Below, one piece after another: positions 63,618 through 64,000 of a stretch of 64,000 nt of DNA. The translations under genes and the position numbers were made by a program. Location of the stretch: the NCBI GenBank assembly GCA_035221665.1, contig CM069174.1:8804001-8868000 (forward strand), read 5' to 3'. The stretch comes from Okamejei kenojei. Lineage: Eukaryota. The notes below the pieces were generated by a model. The model saw nothing but the letters and a program-made list of their open reading frames with translations, did not search any database and had not been told where the DNA came from. Position 1 is the first letter of the stretch. Every line of letters begins with the position of its first letter.

Positions 63618-64000
63618 ATGAGCAGGGAGGTTCTACTTCAGTTGTACAGGGTCTTGATGAGACCACACCTGGAGTATTGCGTGCAGTTTTGGTCTCCAAA
63701 TCTGAGGAAGGACATTATTGCCATAGAGGGAGTGCAGAGAAGGTTCACCAGACTGATTCCTGGGATGTCAGGACTGTCTTATGAAGAAAGACTGGATAGA
63801 CTCGGTTTATACTCTCTGGAATTTAGGAGATTAAGAGGGGATCTTATAGAAACTTACAAAATTCTTAAGGGGTTGGACAGGCTAGATGCAGGAAGATTGT
63901 TCCCGATGTTGGGGAAGTCCAGGACAAGGGGTCACAGCTTAAGGATAAGGGGGGAATCCTTTTAAGACCGAGATGAGAAAGACTTTTTTCACATAGAGAG
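63618..64000 (+). mobile_element. Young CR1 (HER1-like) LINE, 3' part of ORF2
   Basis: ORF 63618-63965 reads LYRVLMRPHLEYCVQFWSP...VQRRFTRLIPG...RLRGDLIETYKI...RTRGHSL. Confidence 0.92.

Overview
Vertebrate genomic DNA from a cartilaginous fish, most likely a skate or ray, judged from its repeat families. Two minus-strand genes are present. RPS26 is complete (4 coding exons, 62408-59315, with a TATA box and TOP start in a CpG island). Downstream of it is the 5' part of an ErbB receptor gene (exons 1-4, 52969-1019, with a 39.6-kb intron 1). That gene lies in the RPS26-ERBB3 syntenic position, but its N-terminal sequence and exon 4 length look like ERBB4. The introns are rich in CR1, L1, Tx1, RTE and L2-type LINE fragments, V-SINE/HE1 and Deu-SINE copies, and one hAT-type MITE. 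The most notable signal is a family of more than 20 short (about 65-350 bp), often palindromic elements. They match the terminal repeat of a Penelope (GIY-YIG) retroelement found in this window. Several carry a minimal hammerhead-ribozyme core (CTGANGA-A-GGGTCTCGACCC-GAAAC-GTC), and several are flanked by 10-15 bp target-site duplications, which suggests retrozyme-like non-autonomous mobile units. Other oddities are a perfect 123-bp inverted repeat, an intronic CpG-island/TATA candidate promoter with a strong splice donor, and a uORF upstream of the ErbB start codon. All calls were made by eye without database searches, and repeat boundaries are approximate.
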